Made by a program: the position numbers and the translations under genes. A DNA stretch of 64,000 nt from Felis catus. Taxonomy: Eukaryota. The notes below the pieces were generated by a model. The model searched no databases. It was not told the DNA's origin and saw nothing but the letters and a program-made list of their open reading frames with translations. Positions 43,901-56,264 of the stretch are shown here, in pieces. Location: the NCBI RefSeq assembly GCF_018350175.1, contig NC_058381.1:54994001-55058000 (forward strand). Direction: 5' to 3'. Within the stretch, counting starts at the first letter, position 1, and each line of letters starts with the position of its first letter.

Positions 43901-46818
43901 CAATATCTCACATGGCGGCAAACTGGTGATTCTCTGCAAATCAGTAATCGTTTGTTTGGAATAATGCCAAAAAGATGCAAGAGAAAACCAACATGGCTGA
44001 GCAGTGGCACTAAGACAGAAAGGTTCTGCACCCCTGGGGGTGGGGTGTGGAGACCATGGGAGCCACCTGTGACACTCACAACCATGCTCTGCTCTGTGTG
44101 TTTAGCCCCTGATCCAACAGACTCTCCCAAGCCTGTAGCGAGAACAACGCTGCCCAGTTGGACTTCCTCTCGTCCATTTCCCCAGGGCATCAACAGCAGC
44201 CAGCCCATGGATTTGAATAGCCCGCTAACCAGGTGAGCAGAGCTGGACCCACAGACCTTTCCCACTGTTGCCTTGGGACAGCTCTCCTCGGGACACTCTC
44301 ACAGTGACCCCCATTGGCCTCTCTGATGTTTCCTCTGCTGGGGAGAAACAGCAAGGTCTACGCTGGGCCCCCTCTTTGTACCTCTGAGTCCTTAAAGAGC
44401 TCCCCCTCCCCACAAGAAACCTAGGCAAAGTTGTTCAGCTGGGCTGCAGGAGAGAAGCTTCTGGTCTCCTTCTGACCTGCCTCCCAACCCCCAAGCAGCC
44501 AAAACAGGCACAGGTGTTTTCAGCCTCAAGTTGCCAGAAGGGAAGGGCTCTGGATTCGCTCCCTGTGGCTGCTGGAGCAAATCACCACCACCCTGGTGGC
44601 TGAAGGCAAAACGATGTTATGATCTTAAAGTTCTGGAGACAAGGTCTGGGATGAGTCTCACTGGGCTAAACTCAAGGTGCTGGCAGGGCTGGCTCCTCCT
44701 GGAGGCTCTGAGGGAGAAGGGCTTCCTTGTCTTTTCCAGCTTCTGGAGGATGCTGCACCCCTGGCTCGTGGTCCCTCCATGTGCACAGCCAGCAGGGGTG
44801 GTCAAGTGTTTCTCACCCTCATTACTCTGACACTGGCTCTCCTGTGTGCTTTCATTTATAAAGACACTGGCGATTCTATAGGATCCACCCAGATATCCCA
44901 GGATCACCTCCCCATCTCAAGGTCAGCTGCTGGCAAACTTAAATCCATCTGTATCATTAATTCCCCCATGCCATGTAACATAACACATTCACAGGTCTGG
45001 GGATTAGGACCTCTTTGGTGGGGGGCATTATTCTGCCCACAGACAGTCAAGCAGGTACCTGTTCCATGGATCCAGCCCTCCCCTCCCCAAGTGCTAGGGA
45101 AATGCTGGGAAGGAATGGGAAGCTGACATTTCTGTTTTCTCACGTTCCCAACATGGTCAGTCGACAGGCTGGGCCATCAATCTGAAACCCACCCCCTCCA
45201 CAGGCATCCAAAGAACAATCAATTAACTCTTTCTTCAAAGGGCAAACACCCTGTCCCAGTTTCACCCCATCCGAGTTCAGGGTGAAGGTGCGTTTCCTCC
45301 CAGAAGCCCCCTTCACCGCCTCCCTTCTGGTACAGTCTCTCTTCCTTCCCTTCTCAAGGATCCTACTCCTTGGAGCTGCCCTGCTGGACGGTGTGTTCGG
45401 TCATGTGTGCAGCCAGGCACTTGGTTCATGCTTCACGATCGGCCTCTGTCCTGCTCATGACTATTTAAAGACCAGTTTTTCTGTGGAGTCTGGAGAGGAG
45501 GATGTGAAACTTTTAGGGGACTGAGGGGCACAGGAGGAAGCCTGCAGGTGGAGAGATGGGGTGGCAGCTCCACAGGAAGTGGGGCGTGGGAAAAGAATGC
45601 AGTGGGTTCAAGGATAATTTAGGAAGTACAAAGCATCGTGTCTTCTCTCTCAAGAGAACCCCCTGTGAAATGAACATGACAAATCTTGCTCAAGGCAGGT
45701 AGAAGGAGAGAAAAAGTCCAGACTACAGGGAGGTCCTGGCACTGCTTGTAGGGGAGGGGATGAGGCAGAGGTTGAGGGGGTCAGATTCTGGATACTGATG
45801 GGGACTCCTAGGGGGACATATATGAGCAAGGGCCCAATGGTCCACTAGACCACATGTCTACTGTCCAGGGTGTATGCGATAGTGCACCTGCTATGTGCTA
45901 CCAGATGGGGTTCAGAGCCAGGAGAGACCCCTCCCAGGGGAAGCTAGAACATAAATTGCCAGATTACCAGGAAGAGGTATCTTCCTCTGCTTCAAAGAGG
46001 TGATATGAGGTCTGAGCTGGAAGTACAGGCAGAATTTATACAAGGTGGGACAGACGTAGATTCAAATAGGCAAAGGCAAATCTTTGGTCCTGGCTGGCCT
46101 GCTGCTGAGGCGGAGGGGATTTGGGGGAGGCGGCCGACAAGCAGGATGAAATCAGGGTGCAGAGGTGCTGGAGCCCAGGCTAAGGCTGCTGGGAGGCCCC
46201 TGAATGCTTCGCCTTGGGCAGCATGGCCGTGCCCTCAGAGGGGCTTTTGGGCAGGGACCGGGGCTGGCCTGTCCTCCAGGTCTGGGGGCAGGAGTGAGGG
46301 TGGACAGGAAGGGCCTGGAGCGGCCCCTGAAGAGGGACTCCACTCCTGTCAGCACGATCCCTGCTCAGGGCCCTGCTACACAACCTTCACTTTGTGCTTT
46401 TGACCTTTGTGAAGTTGCCCCTGCTTGGGTCCTGCTGTGACTGTGATGTGGGGAGTCCGGGGGACTCCAGGGGAAGATACGTCAGTCTGAGCAGGAGAAA
46501 CACAGCCCCCTCCCCCACCATGGACACCCCCGCACCCTCTGAGCTCTGGTCAGGGAAAGGGCAATGATTACATTTCCGAGACAGATGGGGGCCCCTGTTA
46601 GGTGAGGACTCCCCGCTTCCTGCTGTCAGGAATTAAAGTCTGGCTCCCTCTCTGCTCTGCACAGGTCGGGGACCATTGCCTCCACTGTGGAAGCAGAGAA
46701 AAGAAAGGGTGTATTCTCATTCCACCATCGGTCCTCAGCCGCACCTGTAATCTCTCCTGTGTGGATCCTCCTGGTACCTCCTTTCCTTGCCACCCTCGAG
46801 TTGCTCTGCCAAGGATAA
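40870..46818 (+). CDS. CD300LD: CD300LD-like gene, inverted relative to neighbours; exons 40870-40909, 42332-42661, 44106-44232, candidate 46665-46818 (216 aa)
   Basis: Leader MWLLPVLFLLVIQG; IgV with CAYGPGWESY..W.C.G.DW..C.ILVKT.GSEQ as in CD300LD/LB/LF; the stalk ends NSPLTR, like the recalled human CD300LD SSPLTR. Phases 1/1/2 are all consistent. The last exon is inferred. Confidence 0.7.
42332..42661 (+). CDS. CD300LD: CD300LD-like exon 2 (IgV domain)
   Basis: Acceptor ctgttttctag|GC and donor CCAG|gtaaga; 330 nt; all four CD300 IgV cysteines and DADTYWC present. Confidence 0.95.
44106..44232 (+). CDS. CD300LD: CD300LD-like exon 3 (S/T/P-rich stalk)
   Basis: Acceptor ctctgtgtgtttag|CC and donor ACCAG|gtgagc; 127 nt, phase 1 to 2. 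Encodes APDPTDSPKPVARTTLPSWTSSRPFPQGINSSQPMDLNSPLT(R). Confidence 0.85.
44570..45045 (-). mobile_element. MLT1 (MaLR) LTR
   Basis: gtctcactgggctaaactcaaggtg...ggaggctct...aacataacacattcacagg...gggggcattattctgccc signature. Confidence 0.85.
45336..45468 (+). pseudogene. Possible decayed ancestral TM exon of the CD300LD-like gene
   Basis: The acceptor ttcaccgcctcccttctggtacag resembles other CD300 TM-exon acceptors. In phase 2 it reads ...LELP, then after a 1-nt shift LLDGVFGHV (compare recalled CD300LD LELPLLLSMLGTV). Similarity is weak. Confidence 0.4.
46665..46818 (+). CDS. Candidate terminal exon encoding a GPI-signal-like C-terminus
   Basis: Strong acceptor ctccctctctgctctgcacag|G. In phase 2 it reads (R)SGTIASTVEAEKRKGVFSFHHRSSAAPVISPVWILLVPPFLATLELLCQG* with TAA at 46816-46818. 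Confidence 0.5.
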
Positions 46819-48559
46819 ATGACCCTTTCATCATTCAGGACTCTGGCCAACGATGGGTTTCCAATTCCAGTAAGCATAAAACCTGGGTTAAACCAAAAAG
46901 TTCCAGAGTGTGTCCACAGGGACAAAGACCCCCTGATGGGCCAGCTGCACAGAGTTCTGCCAATTCCACCTTCTGCTGCATCAGCGCCTCCAAGAAAGAA
47001 TTCCTTGAATGCAAAAGATGGAAAACAGGGTTGGACCATCGCCCAACCCACATCTGACCTGTTTGCCCTTTACATTTCCTATGAAATCTGTGGCTTTCTT
47101 TGCTCTTTTGAGATTATTTGGGGGGACACCATTTCAATGTTTATATGTGAGAGGACGACCCTTCCATTCTAGAGGGAGGGAAATGACTCTAAATCCAACG
47201 CTAGAATCCGAATGTGTCCGGGAAACGGGCAGTTGTGTGTGTAAATTTGTCCATAGTGGTTGAAGTTACTCTTTCCCCCTTTGTAAATAGTAAGTGTTTT
47301 GCAGCAGGGCTTTGTAACCATGTAAATATCCGCCTGTCCCTGCATCTACATCGGTGGCCTCTAAGCACAGGGGACTCATGCAGTCATCACCAGAACAGTT
47401 CATTTCTGTCCCTCCAATTGTCTCTTGGCCTCACTGGTCCTTAGGTGCAGGGGTTCCAGGGACCGTTTGGACTCTTCCATCGAGATGGAACGGATCTGTC
47501 CCCTCCTCACCCATGACACTGTCCATCCCCCAGACAGCTCAGACCCACCATCACCCACTCCTGGATTTAGCCGGACCTTTGGCCTTTATGTCCCGCCCCC
47601 ATGAACACTCTCACCCCCACGGCCAGCTGAGCAACACAGCCCAGGATGCCCAACCCTTCCTTTTTAACTTCCTCTACTCAGTCATCAAAAACTAATAACA
47701 CAAGCCTTTTTCTTTTTTAATTTTCAAAGTTATATATGTTTCCTCTCAATAATGATTTGGGTTTTGGATTTGTTTTTTGTTTTTTTTTTTCTCTTCCACT
47801 TACATTCTTCCTGGGCTCTGTCTGCTCTTTTTTTGTGTCCTTATTTTATTTATTTTATTTTGTTTTATTTTATTTTATTTTTAATCCCACAAATGCAAGG
47901 TCGGTTTTTTATTAACTTTTTATTTTTTTAATATGAAATTTATTGTCAAATTGGTTTCCATACAATACCTAGTGCTCAGATATTTTATTTTGAACGATTT
48001 TGGGGACCTCTATCTCTTTTCTGAGCTCCTTCTTTAGAGAGGTCATGTTGTCCATAATTTCTCCGAGACTGAGCTGAACTGGCCAGCTGGACTCTTCCTC
48101 TGTGTCCTGGGGCCCTGGCGCTCACAAAGCAAGTTCTCCAGCTGCATTTTGCTGGCACTGTGCTCCTCTCCTTGAGTCCATCAGTTAGGAAAGGTGCTGG
48201 TTCATTTTCGAGTAGAAGCTTCCTTTGAATGTGGTCGGGGCACTGCAGAGAGGTTGTGGGTGGGCAGCGGGGCGTTCTGCAGAGGCGGGTGGCTTCTTGT
48301 GGGGAACACCTCCCACCAGTGCTGACAGCTCCAGCCCACATGGTTCTGGTTCGCGCCTCTGAAAAGGGCAAGACCTCCAGGCCCAGCAGCCCGTGCACGT
48401 TACCGCATGAGGAGTCCGGCCCCAGGTTTCCGCCGCAGGGCTGAGTCTCCCAGGGGCCTCCCCCCAGCCCTCTGTGCATCCGGCAGAAGCAGCATGTTCC
48501 TTGAACCATCCTGCCTGGGGCTGGGACATTAAGTTCTCTCTGCTTAGATCTTCCGTGGG

Positions 48560-49290
48560 GCACAAAACAGCGATATTTCTGTCATGTCATAGATTCTGTG
48601 GTCAAGAATTCGGATGGAGTGCAGCAGGGATGGCCTGTCTCTGCTCTAAAAAGTCTGGGCCTCAGCTGGGAAGACATAATGGCGGTGGTGGGGGAGGGAT
48701 CTAAATGGCTGGGTGCTGCTGTCATCTGGAAGCTTCTTTTCTGCGTGTCTGGAACATGTGCCAAGACTGAGTTCAATCTCGATAGTTGACCTGAGATCCT
48801 ACAGGAGGCCTCTCCGTGTGGAGCTGGGTTCTGAGAAGGAGAGTCTCCAGAGCAAGTGTTTCAAGAGACGGAGGACAGAGTTACAGGGTTCCTTTGGGCC
48901 TGGCCTCAGAAGTCACACAGGGTCACCATACTCTATCCATGCATTGTGACAAGACAAGTATTGGTTCTTGGAAGGGAAAAAATGCTACTCTTTAATATAC
49001 AAAACATAGATGATCAATTGACAGATGGATCAATTGATCGATATATAGAACATAGGCATATATAAGCATATATCTTTGGTATTCAAATTTCATACCCATG
49101 ATGGGGATTCTAGTAGAAGAATGTCTAAACAGGCTCCTTAGGAAGATACTTATAGGGAAAAGTTGGGAATCTGCTCTAGGCTACTGACCTCACAGCCCCA
49201 GCCCACCCAGACTCAAGGGGAGGAGACACACCCTCAACTCTCAATAACAGGAGTGTCAAGAAATTTACAGTCCCCGTTTAGAGCTGCCAC
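48560..49290 (-). mobile_element. Old MLT1 LTR fragments
   Basis: gattctgtggtcaagaattcgg...cagggatggc...gtcatctgga...agaagtcacaca...cccagactcaagggg motifs. Confidence 0.6.
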
Positions 49291-49299
49291 CTGGAAGAA

Positions 49300-49521
49300 T
49301 CTTTTTTTTTAATGTTTATTTATTATTTTTGAGAGACAGAGAGACACCATGAGCAGGGGAGGGGAGGAGCAGAGAGAGAGAGGGAGACACACAATCTGAA
49401 GCAGGCTCCAGGCTCTAAGCTGTCAGCACAGAGCCTGACACGGGGCTCGAACTCACAAACCATGAGATCATGACCTGAGCCGAAGTCGGATGCTTAACCA
49501 ACTGAGCCCCCCAGGAGTCCC
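49300..49521 (-). mobile_element. CAN-SINE
   Basis: Reverse-strand SINE consensus. Confidence 0.9.
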
Positions 49522-50039
49522 AATTGCTTTTGGAAGACTCTTAACATAGTGCCTTCACATCACATTAAAGAATGAGGAGCCCAGAAGGGCCCTGAGCCCC
49601 CAGTCATAATGCCAGGGAGCAGACTTGGACCTGCCCCAAGGAGGTCCACACCATGATCCTGCGAGTCCATCTGTGCACTGGAAAGGTCAGGTCCCAAGCC
49701 TGGGTCAGGTCCCAAGCACTGGGGCACCATGTGGCCCCAGTGTAAGCACTAGGCAGACACAACAATGCTCTGCACTTTCTCTGCTTTACTCACTGGTCAC
49801 AGACCGCATCCGAGACTTGCATGAACTTACAAATAGGTTTTGCTTGGATCACAATATTTATTTAAGTGGAGGTTGTTGCCTACATGTAAACATGAGCCAT
49901 TTCACTTCTGACTTCTCTTTTAAAAGCAGAAATGCCAGAAAACAGTGGGTCCACGATGCTACATGCTCCACAGGGTCATCAGAGTGTTTAAGGCCTTCCA
50001 GGGGCTCCTAAGGTTCCGGGACACCACTGAAGCACACAG

Positions 50040-50830
50040 ATTAGGAAGGAAAAAATAAAACTGTGCCTTTGTACAGGCAACATGATTGTGTAGAAAATCC
50101 TAAGGAATCTATCAAAAAAATTTTACCAAACTGCTAGAACTGGTAAATTAATTTAACAAGTCACAGGAATAAAGATCGATACACACGCACATACACACAT
50201 ATACACGCATACATACACACACACATACACACACACACTTACACACATGCACACGGAGACACGTGCATACACATGGACACTGACACACGCAGAGACACAC
50301 ACATGCATGCACACACATACACACATACATACACTCACACATACACACATACACTAACACATATACATACATACATAAACACATACACATACACACACAC
50401 ACATATACACACCTACACACACACAATCTTACTTGTAAACTAGCGATGAGCATGTAGAAAATGAAACAAAAAGCACCGTGTTGTTCATGAGTGCTCAAAA
50501 AGAAGACAAAATACCCAGGTATAAATCTAACAGAACACATGCAACATCCAGAAACTTAAATTTACAAAACACTGGTGATAGAAGCCAAGGAGTATTTAAC
50601 TAAATTGCAAGAGGTACCATGTTATGGACTGGAAGACTCAACATAGTAAAGATGTCAATGTTCCCAGTATTGATCTATAAGTTTAATACGATTCCGATCA
50701 AAATACCAGGAAGATTGTTTTGGTAGATACACACAAACTTACTTGAAAATTTATCTGGAAAGGCAAAGAAACGAGAATGCTTGAAATAATTTTGAAGTAG
50801 AATAAAGTGCATCATAAGCTTCTTTCTTGC
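50040..50830 (+). mobile_element. Old L1 ORF2 fragment with a CA-rich low-complexity expansion (50180-50425)
   Basis: gtagaaaatcctaaggaatcta...ggaagactcaacatagtaaagatgtcaat L1 motifs. Confidence 0.82.
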
Positions 50831-51803
50831 CCGTCATTGTGTTTCCGATACCGCCCCATCTGTGTTTTATTAATAAGGTCTGGATGTGCCTCCTTGGTTG
50901 AATTTCTCCTTCAGCCAAGCCCTGGGCCAGTCCCAGCTCTCCTTGAGGTGTCACAAATGGCCCTGCCCTTGTGGGAGCCACGCCAGGGTTCAGGTTCTGA
51001 GTGTGGTGGCCCTGCCTGCAAACTCAGTACTCCAGAGCTTGGAGTGTTTTCTGGAAACTGGCATCACTAGCCCAGGGAAGGCTTGGGCTTGGTGGAGACT
51101 AGAGGGCTGCTCCACACACAAGGAGTTGAGTGAAGATGGTGACATGTGCTTATAACAGACTGTGCACCTCGCTGCAAACTTCAGGGAGGGAGCCGTTGTC
51201 AAGCATTCAAACCCAACAGAGCCTTTTCCGGGGGTGGGGGTGGGGGGATGTGTTAGCACCTGGGATACATAGACGGTTATATACAAGGAGGCTTATGTCA
51301 TAAGTGATCATTGTATTATGAAAAAATTGATGAGCTTGGAAATAAGTCTTATAAGTAGAGCAATGACTTGGATATAGAAATATTTCTCCTTGAATCTTGC
51401 CTGACTTTTATGAACTGGTCTGGAGTAAAATATATGCATCTTTGCGTGTCTCGTTTCATAGGATTGCGGTAAGAATTGGGTTAGATTATGTGGAAAACCA
51501 TGTAATGCAGTGATTAGCCCAATTAGCATTATTTCTCTGCTCCCCTCCCCTTTACTGGACATAAAACAATATTCCTGATTTTCAGAATGTGGTCATCAGG
51601 ATTAAAGTAGCCGATTTCTTTAGGGCTCGGAACATGCTCACCTGTGGGAAGCATCTTACCATCAACTCCTCCTCTTCTTTGGCTGGGTGAGGTTTTTCTG
51701 AGCTCACCCCCTCCTCTCTTTGCTTGTGTCCTCATCTCTTCCCTTCCCCATCACCAGCCTTGCCCCACACCATTGTCACCCAGACCTGCCCAGCCCCGCT
51801 CAC

Positions 51804-51843
51804 CTGGGACAGAGAGTAGCAGAAGAGCCGATGGCAGCCATAT
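51804..51843 (-). pseudogene. Orphan duplicate of the CD300H leader exon, ATG changed to ATA
   Basis: GCC ATA TGG CTG CCA TCG GCT CTT CTG CTA CTC TCT GTC CCA G|gtgagc; paralog of 24978-25017. No CD300H-type IgV exon follows within the duplicated block. Confidence 0.85.
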
Positions 51844-52469
51844 GGCCCCGTCCCTCTGGTGTCTCTCCTGCTGCAGCTGGAACCCCTCACCCAGGGGCCG
51901 CTCACCCTGTCCCCCCTCTTCTGCAATTCTTGGCACTTCTCTGCTTCCTTCTTCAGCCTCTTGGTTCTGTTCTCAGGGCTGGTCAGAAAATGGGGGAAGT
52001 GAGAGGCTCAGAGCATCATGTGGCCAGTCGATTACTTGCTAAAGTTCATCCTCAGAAACATTTGAATGCACTGTTCTGCTTTCTGTTCCTGTGAAGATCA
52101 TGCCCTTACTATGACTGCACCCGCAGCAGCCGACACACCCTCCTGTCACACAGTAGGGTGGTCCCAGCTGACTTCCATCTAGATTTTCCCACCCTGTCCT
52201 CCTATCTAGGAATAGCAAATGTCTTGTGGCTGGCATGTTTGAGAAATTGCATGGAGGCATGTGAAGCTGCTGAGGAGCATATGGAGGTCAGAGAACTGGA
52301 AGGCCAGTTAGTCTGCAAATGTTCAGTGCATCGATGGTGACAGGCACTCAGTTAAGAACAGTGGGCAGAACAGTGGGCAGGTGGAGGCATGGTTAGATTC
52401 TGGACATTGATATTTTGAAGAAAGAGCAGCAGGATAGCTTAAAACTTTTTTGATGTTTATTTATGTTTT

Positions 52470-52526
<57 letters not shown>

Positions 52527-53847
52527 TGAGAGCAGAGGAGGGGCAGAGAGAGAAGGAGACACAGACCCGAAGCAGGCTCCGGGCTCCCAGCTGTCAGCAC
52601 ACAGACCAACGTGGGGCTCAAACTCAGGCAACATGAGACCATGACCTGAGCCAAAGTCAGATGCCCAACCAACTGAGCCATCCAGGCATCCCAGAGCAGC
52701 AGGATATCTTAACAGATTAGATATGAGCAAGAGAGGAATCAGGGGCCTCTCCTAAGTTGAAGGCTGAGCACCTGGGGGTTTGGGAATGCAATAAACCAAA
52801 ATGGGCAAAGCTGGGCTTGCAGGAAGAACAGATTCTGGTTTGGAATTGAAGGTGTCTGTTAGTCACCTGCCATGGACTGCGTGTCTGTGTCCTCCCCCAA
52901 ATTCATATGTCGAAGCCCTAATCAGGGGTAATGCCAAGGACCCACTCACTGAGAAGTCTTTCCAAGTGTCTAGAATAACAGTGGAGGAGATTTTGGGGGT
53001 CCTTACCTGCATTCCACAGATCAGAGAGTGCTGAGATGAAAAGCTGAGCCTAGCATGGTGTCTGACCCCGCCTCCACACCCATGTCCGCCCCCACCCCCA
53101 CCACTCTGCCCCAGCCTCGCCCCATGTGGGATTTGATGTCCTACACCCAGCCACCACCCATGGAGATGCTCTTCTCACCCCTTTTGGGTTCTGCCACCCC
53201 ATCCTGGGCTGACCCTCGGTGGGGAGGGCTTCCTCAGCCGGCTTGGACCCTGACACCCATGCCGAGATGCCTCTCACTTGGATGCCCTCTGCACTTGCCT
53301 GGACTCCCAGCCCCCACAATACCATCTGATTTTGAACAACACATTAAAACTATCTCTGGACTCTGTGCCCTAAAAGACGAAGGCTTCTGCATCTCACCCA
53401 TGGCCCACTGTCCTCTTCCCAGTGCTGATTTTCTTAGAATGGTGTTCTTTGCATCTATGGCACTTATACTCTCTTCTGTAATCGTTCCCACCATTGCTTA
53501 GGGGTTTTATGTTTAGGGTAAAACACTCATTGCTGACCACAGCTTCTCTTTTTTCACTATTTAACTTCACCCTTTGTTGGTAGACTTTGATCATGATGTG
53601 TATTTTCTATTTTGAAAGGGCTCATGGGTGCTGTATTTCATAAGGTCTTGCATTCACGAGACAGTTGTCAGAGCATTCGGGAATATTCTGTCATTTGCTC
53701 AGAACATATAGATTCTCCTTCACTGTGTGTTGGGATGCAGTGTTGTTATGAAGCAAGAGTATTTCTGTCACACACCATGTGATCCTTCTGGTACGACCTT
53801 CTGATGTGATCATCGTTTCTGATACCAGCCCAGATGATTCTGTTTAT

Positions 53848-54072
53848 TTTATTTTATTATTTTTTATTTTTTTAATGTTTATTTTTGAAGGAGAGAGAGA
53901 CAGAGTGTGAGTGGGGGAGGGGCAGAGAGAGAGGGAGACACAGAATCGGAAGCAGGCTCCGGGCTCTGAGCTGTCAGCACAGAGCCGGACGTGGGGCTCG
54001 AACCCACGAACTGTGAGATCATGACCTGAGCCGAAGTCGGATGCTCAACCGACTGAGCCACCCAGGCGCCCC
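53848..54072 (-). mobile_element. Young, CpG-rich SINEC_Fc (copy B only)
   Basis: Perfect 16-bp TSD agatgattctgtttat (53832-53847 and 54073-54088); empty site at about 29765. Confidence 0.95.
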
Positions 54073-56264
54073 AGATGATTCTGTTTATCCACAAGGTTCG
54101 GTAACTTCGTACCATTCTGGGTGTGGATCATCTGTATCAGTTCCTTTCCTGGGTCCCCAGCTGGGCTTTCAATGACAGCCTGAAAGATCTCTTTGTTTCC
54201 ACATAGTTTTTAATTCAATTCAATTATGTTTACTTTGGGCTTCTCTTTTCTCCTCCAAGGGAATAGCTGGGGCACATTTGTGGCATCACCTCTCTGTCTC
54301 CTGTACCAATGTCTGCCTCTCCACACATTATACTATGTTCACATAAATGTCACTTCAGGAAATGTCTACAAGGTACCACGTCTGTGCATTTTCAGGCACG
54401 TTTATCATTGGGTTTTGTGGTTGTTTCATTCTTTCTTTTGGGCAATATTGTCTTTCTTTTCTGCTCCTTTTCATTTTTTTTAATGTTTATTTTCTCTGAT
54501 TGAGAGAGAGAGAGAGAGAGAGAGCCTGCTTGGCACAGAGCCTGATGTGGGACTCGATCCCACAAACCACAAGATTGTGACCTGAGGTGAAATCAAGAGT
54601 TGGATGCTTAACCAATTGAACCACCCAAGCACCCCATTGTCTCTTTCTCTTCTGCTCCTTATCTTTCCTGAGATCTGCTGTCTCACTTTCCATCACTCTA
54701 TCTTGCACTCCACTCTCTTTATGTTCTAGATTCATCCTGTTGTCTATCATTTCCTTTAGACTAAATACAGCTACTTATAGGTACTGATTTTCCTATGCTT
54801 CTTTGGACATTTCCTCTCATGAAGTCTGCTTTTTATTTGCTTTGTGCAAAAAAATGTTTGTTTTATTGTTTTTCACCTATCAGCTTTTGAAAGTGTTATT
54901 CCCCTTTTGAATTAAAGTTGGTGTTTGCCTAAGTCTAGTGTGGGGAGGGAGGTGGCTGGGAGGGTCTGCAAGCTAGAGCAGATGGTGGCCTGGAACCTTC
55001 CACTCATGCTGAAGGCAGGTGTCCTGTTGGTTCTCAGCTCACCCAGCATCGCCTACCTGGTGGCTGTGTGCTTGGCTGCGTAGAACTACTCCTTCTCCCT
55101 TGTCTCATTCACCCCCCACCCCCCACATCATTCTCCACTGCCTGGGGGCCCAGGTCATGTGTAATCAATATGCCAAATCTGCCAATCAGAGTGTAAAGAT
55201 AAAAAATTGACAACACCCAATGTTGGGGATGGGGGCTGGCCATTTATTAACAAATTCAGACAAGGGTAGAAATATTTACAACTTCTTTGGTTATATCCAT
55301 CAAATTTGGAAAAATGCACAGACCTGTGGCAGAGCTATATTTTCATAGGAATGTACTCTGCAGGTATATCCATAAATGTGTATCAATCCACATATGCAAG
55401 GAGTTTCATTGTGCAATTGCATGTAGTTGCAAAAACCCAAACAACTGAAATGTCCATCATGAGAGAAAAAAAATTCAACAAGTCATGATATGTAGATATC
55501 ATGGAATACTGTGAAGCCATTACATTACAAACAAAAATCTACACATACTATTATGGAATGATTTTTAAAATACACCCAGTGAAGAAGACAAGGTGTAGAA
55601 CAAGATGTGCAATTTTTCTATGAGGGAGGGAAAGAATATATGCTGATAAATATGTTTTAGATGCATAGGATTTCTCCAAACCACACACATGCACTGGCTA
55701 GAGTCTTTATACCTTTGGGTAGGGGACTGGGGTAGAAGTCAGAACACACTTTTTTTTTATTCTTCATTTTTGTACTTTAAAAACATTTCTCTTCCTAAAT
55801 ATTCACAAATAAATATAAAAGTTGGCGTATCTTCCCAGTGTTTCACTAGCTCCCTCCTGCTGAGGTGATGCCACATGGTGCACAAAAGAAGAGTTCTCCT
55901 CTAGGTCAATGACCACGTTAACTTTGACCCATAGTCATGATCCCAGGGTTGTGGGATTGAGCCCTGAGTCAGACTCCATGCTGGGCATGGAGCCTCCTTA
56001 AGATTCTCTCTCTTTGTCCCNNNNNNNNNNNNNNNNNNNNNNNNNNNNNNNNNNNNNNNNNNNNNNNNNNNNNNNNNNNNNNNNNNNNNNNNNNNNNNNN
56101 NNNNNNNNNNNNNNNNNNNNNNNNNNNNNNNNNNNNNNNNNNNNNNNNNNNNNNNNNNNNNNNNNNNNNNNNNNNNNNNNNNNNNNNNNNNNNNNNNNNN
56201 NNNNNNNNNNNNNNNNNNNNNNNNNNNNNNNNNNNNNNNNNNNCTTTCTCTTAAAAAAGCAAAA

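Noticed and set aside
47455-47605. Possible further plus-strand exon after ...ggtccttag|G
   Set aside because: It has an open phase-2 frame but no hydrophobic segment or CD300 similarity; unsupported without transcript data.
47985-48563. Longest ORF in the track (192 aa, minus strand)
   Set aside because: No recognisable domain or splice structure; consistent with a chance ORF in GC-rich intergenic DNA.
50148-50540. Cys/Val-rich ORFs
   Set aside because: Translation of a CA-rich low-complexity repeat.
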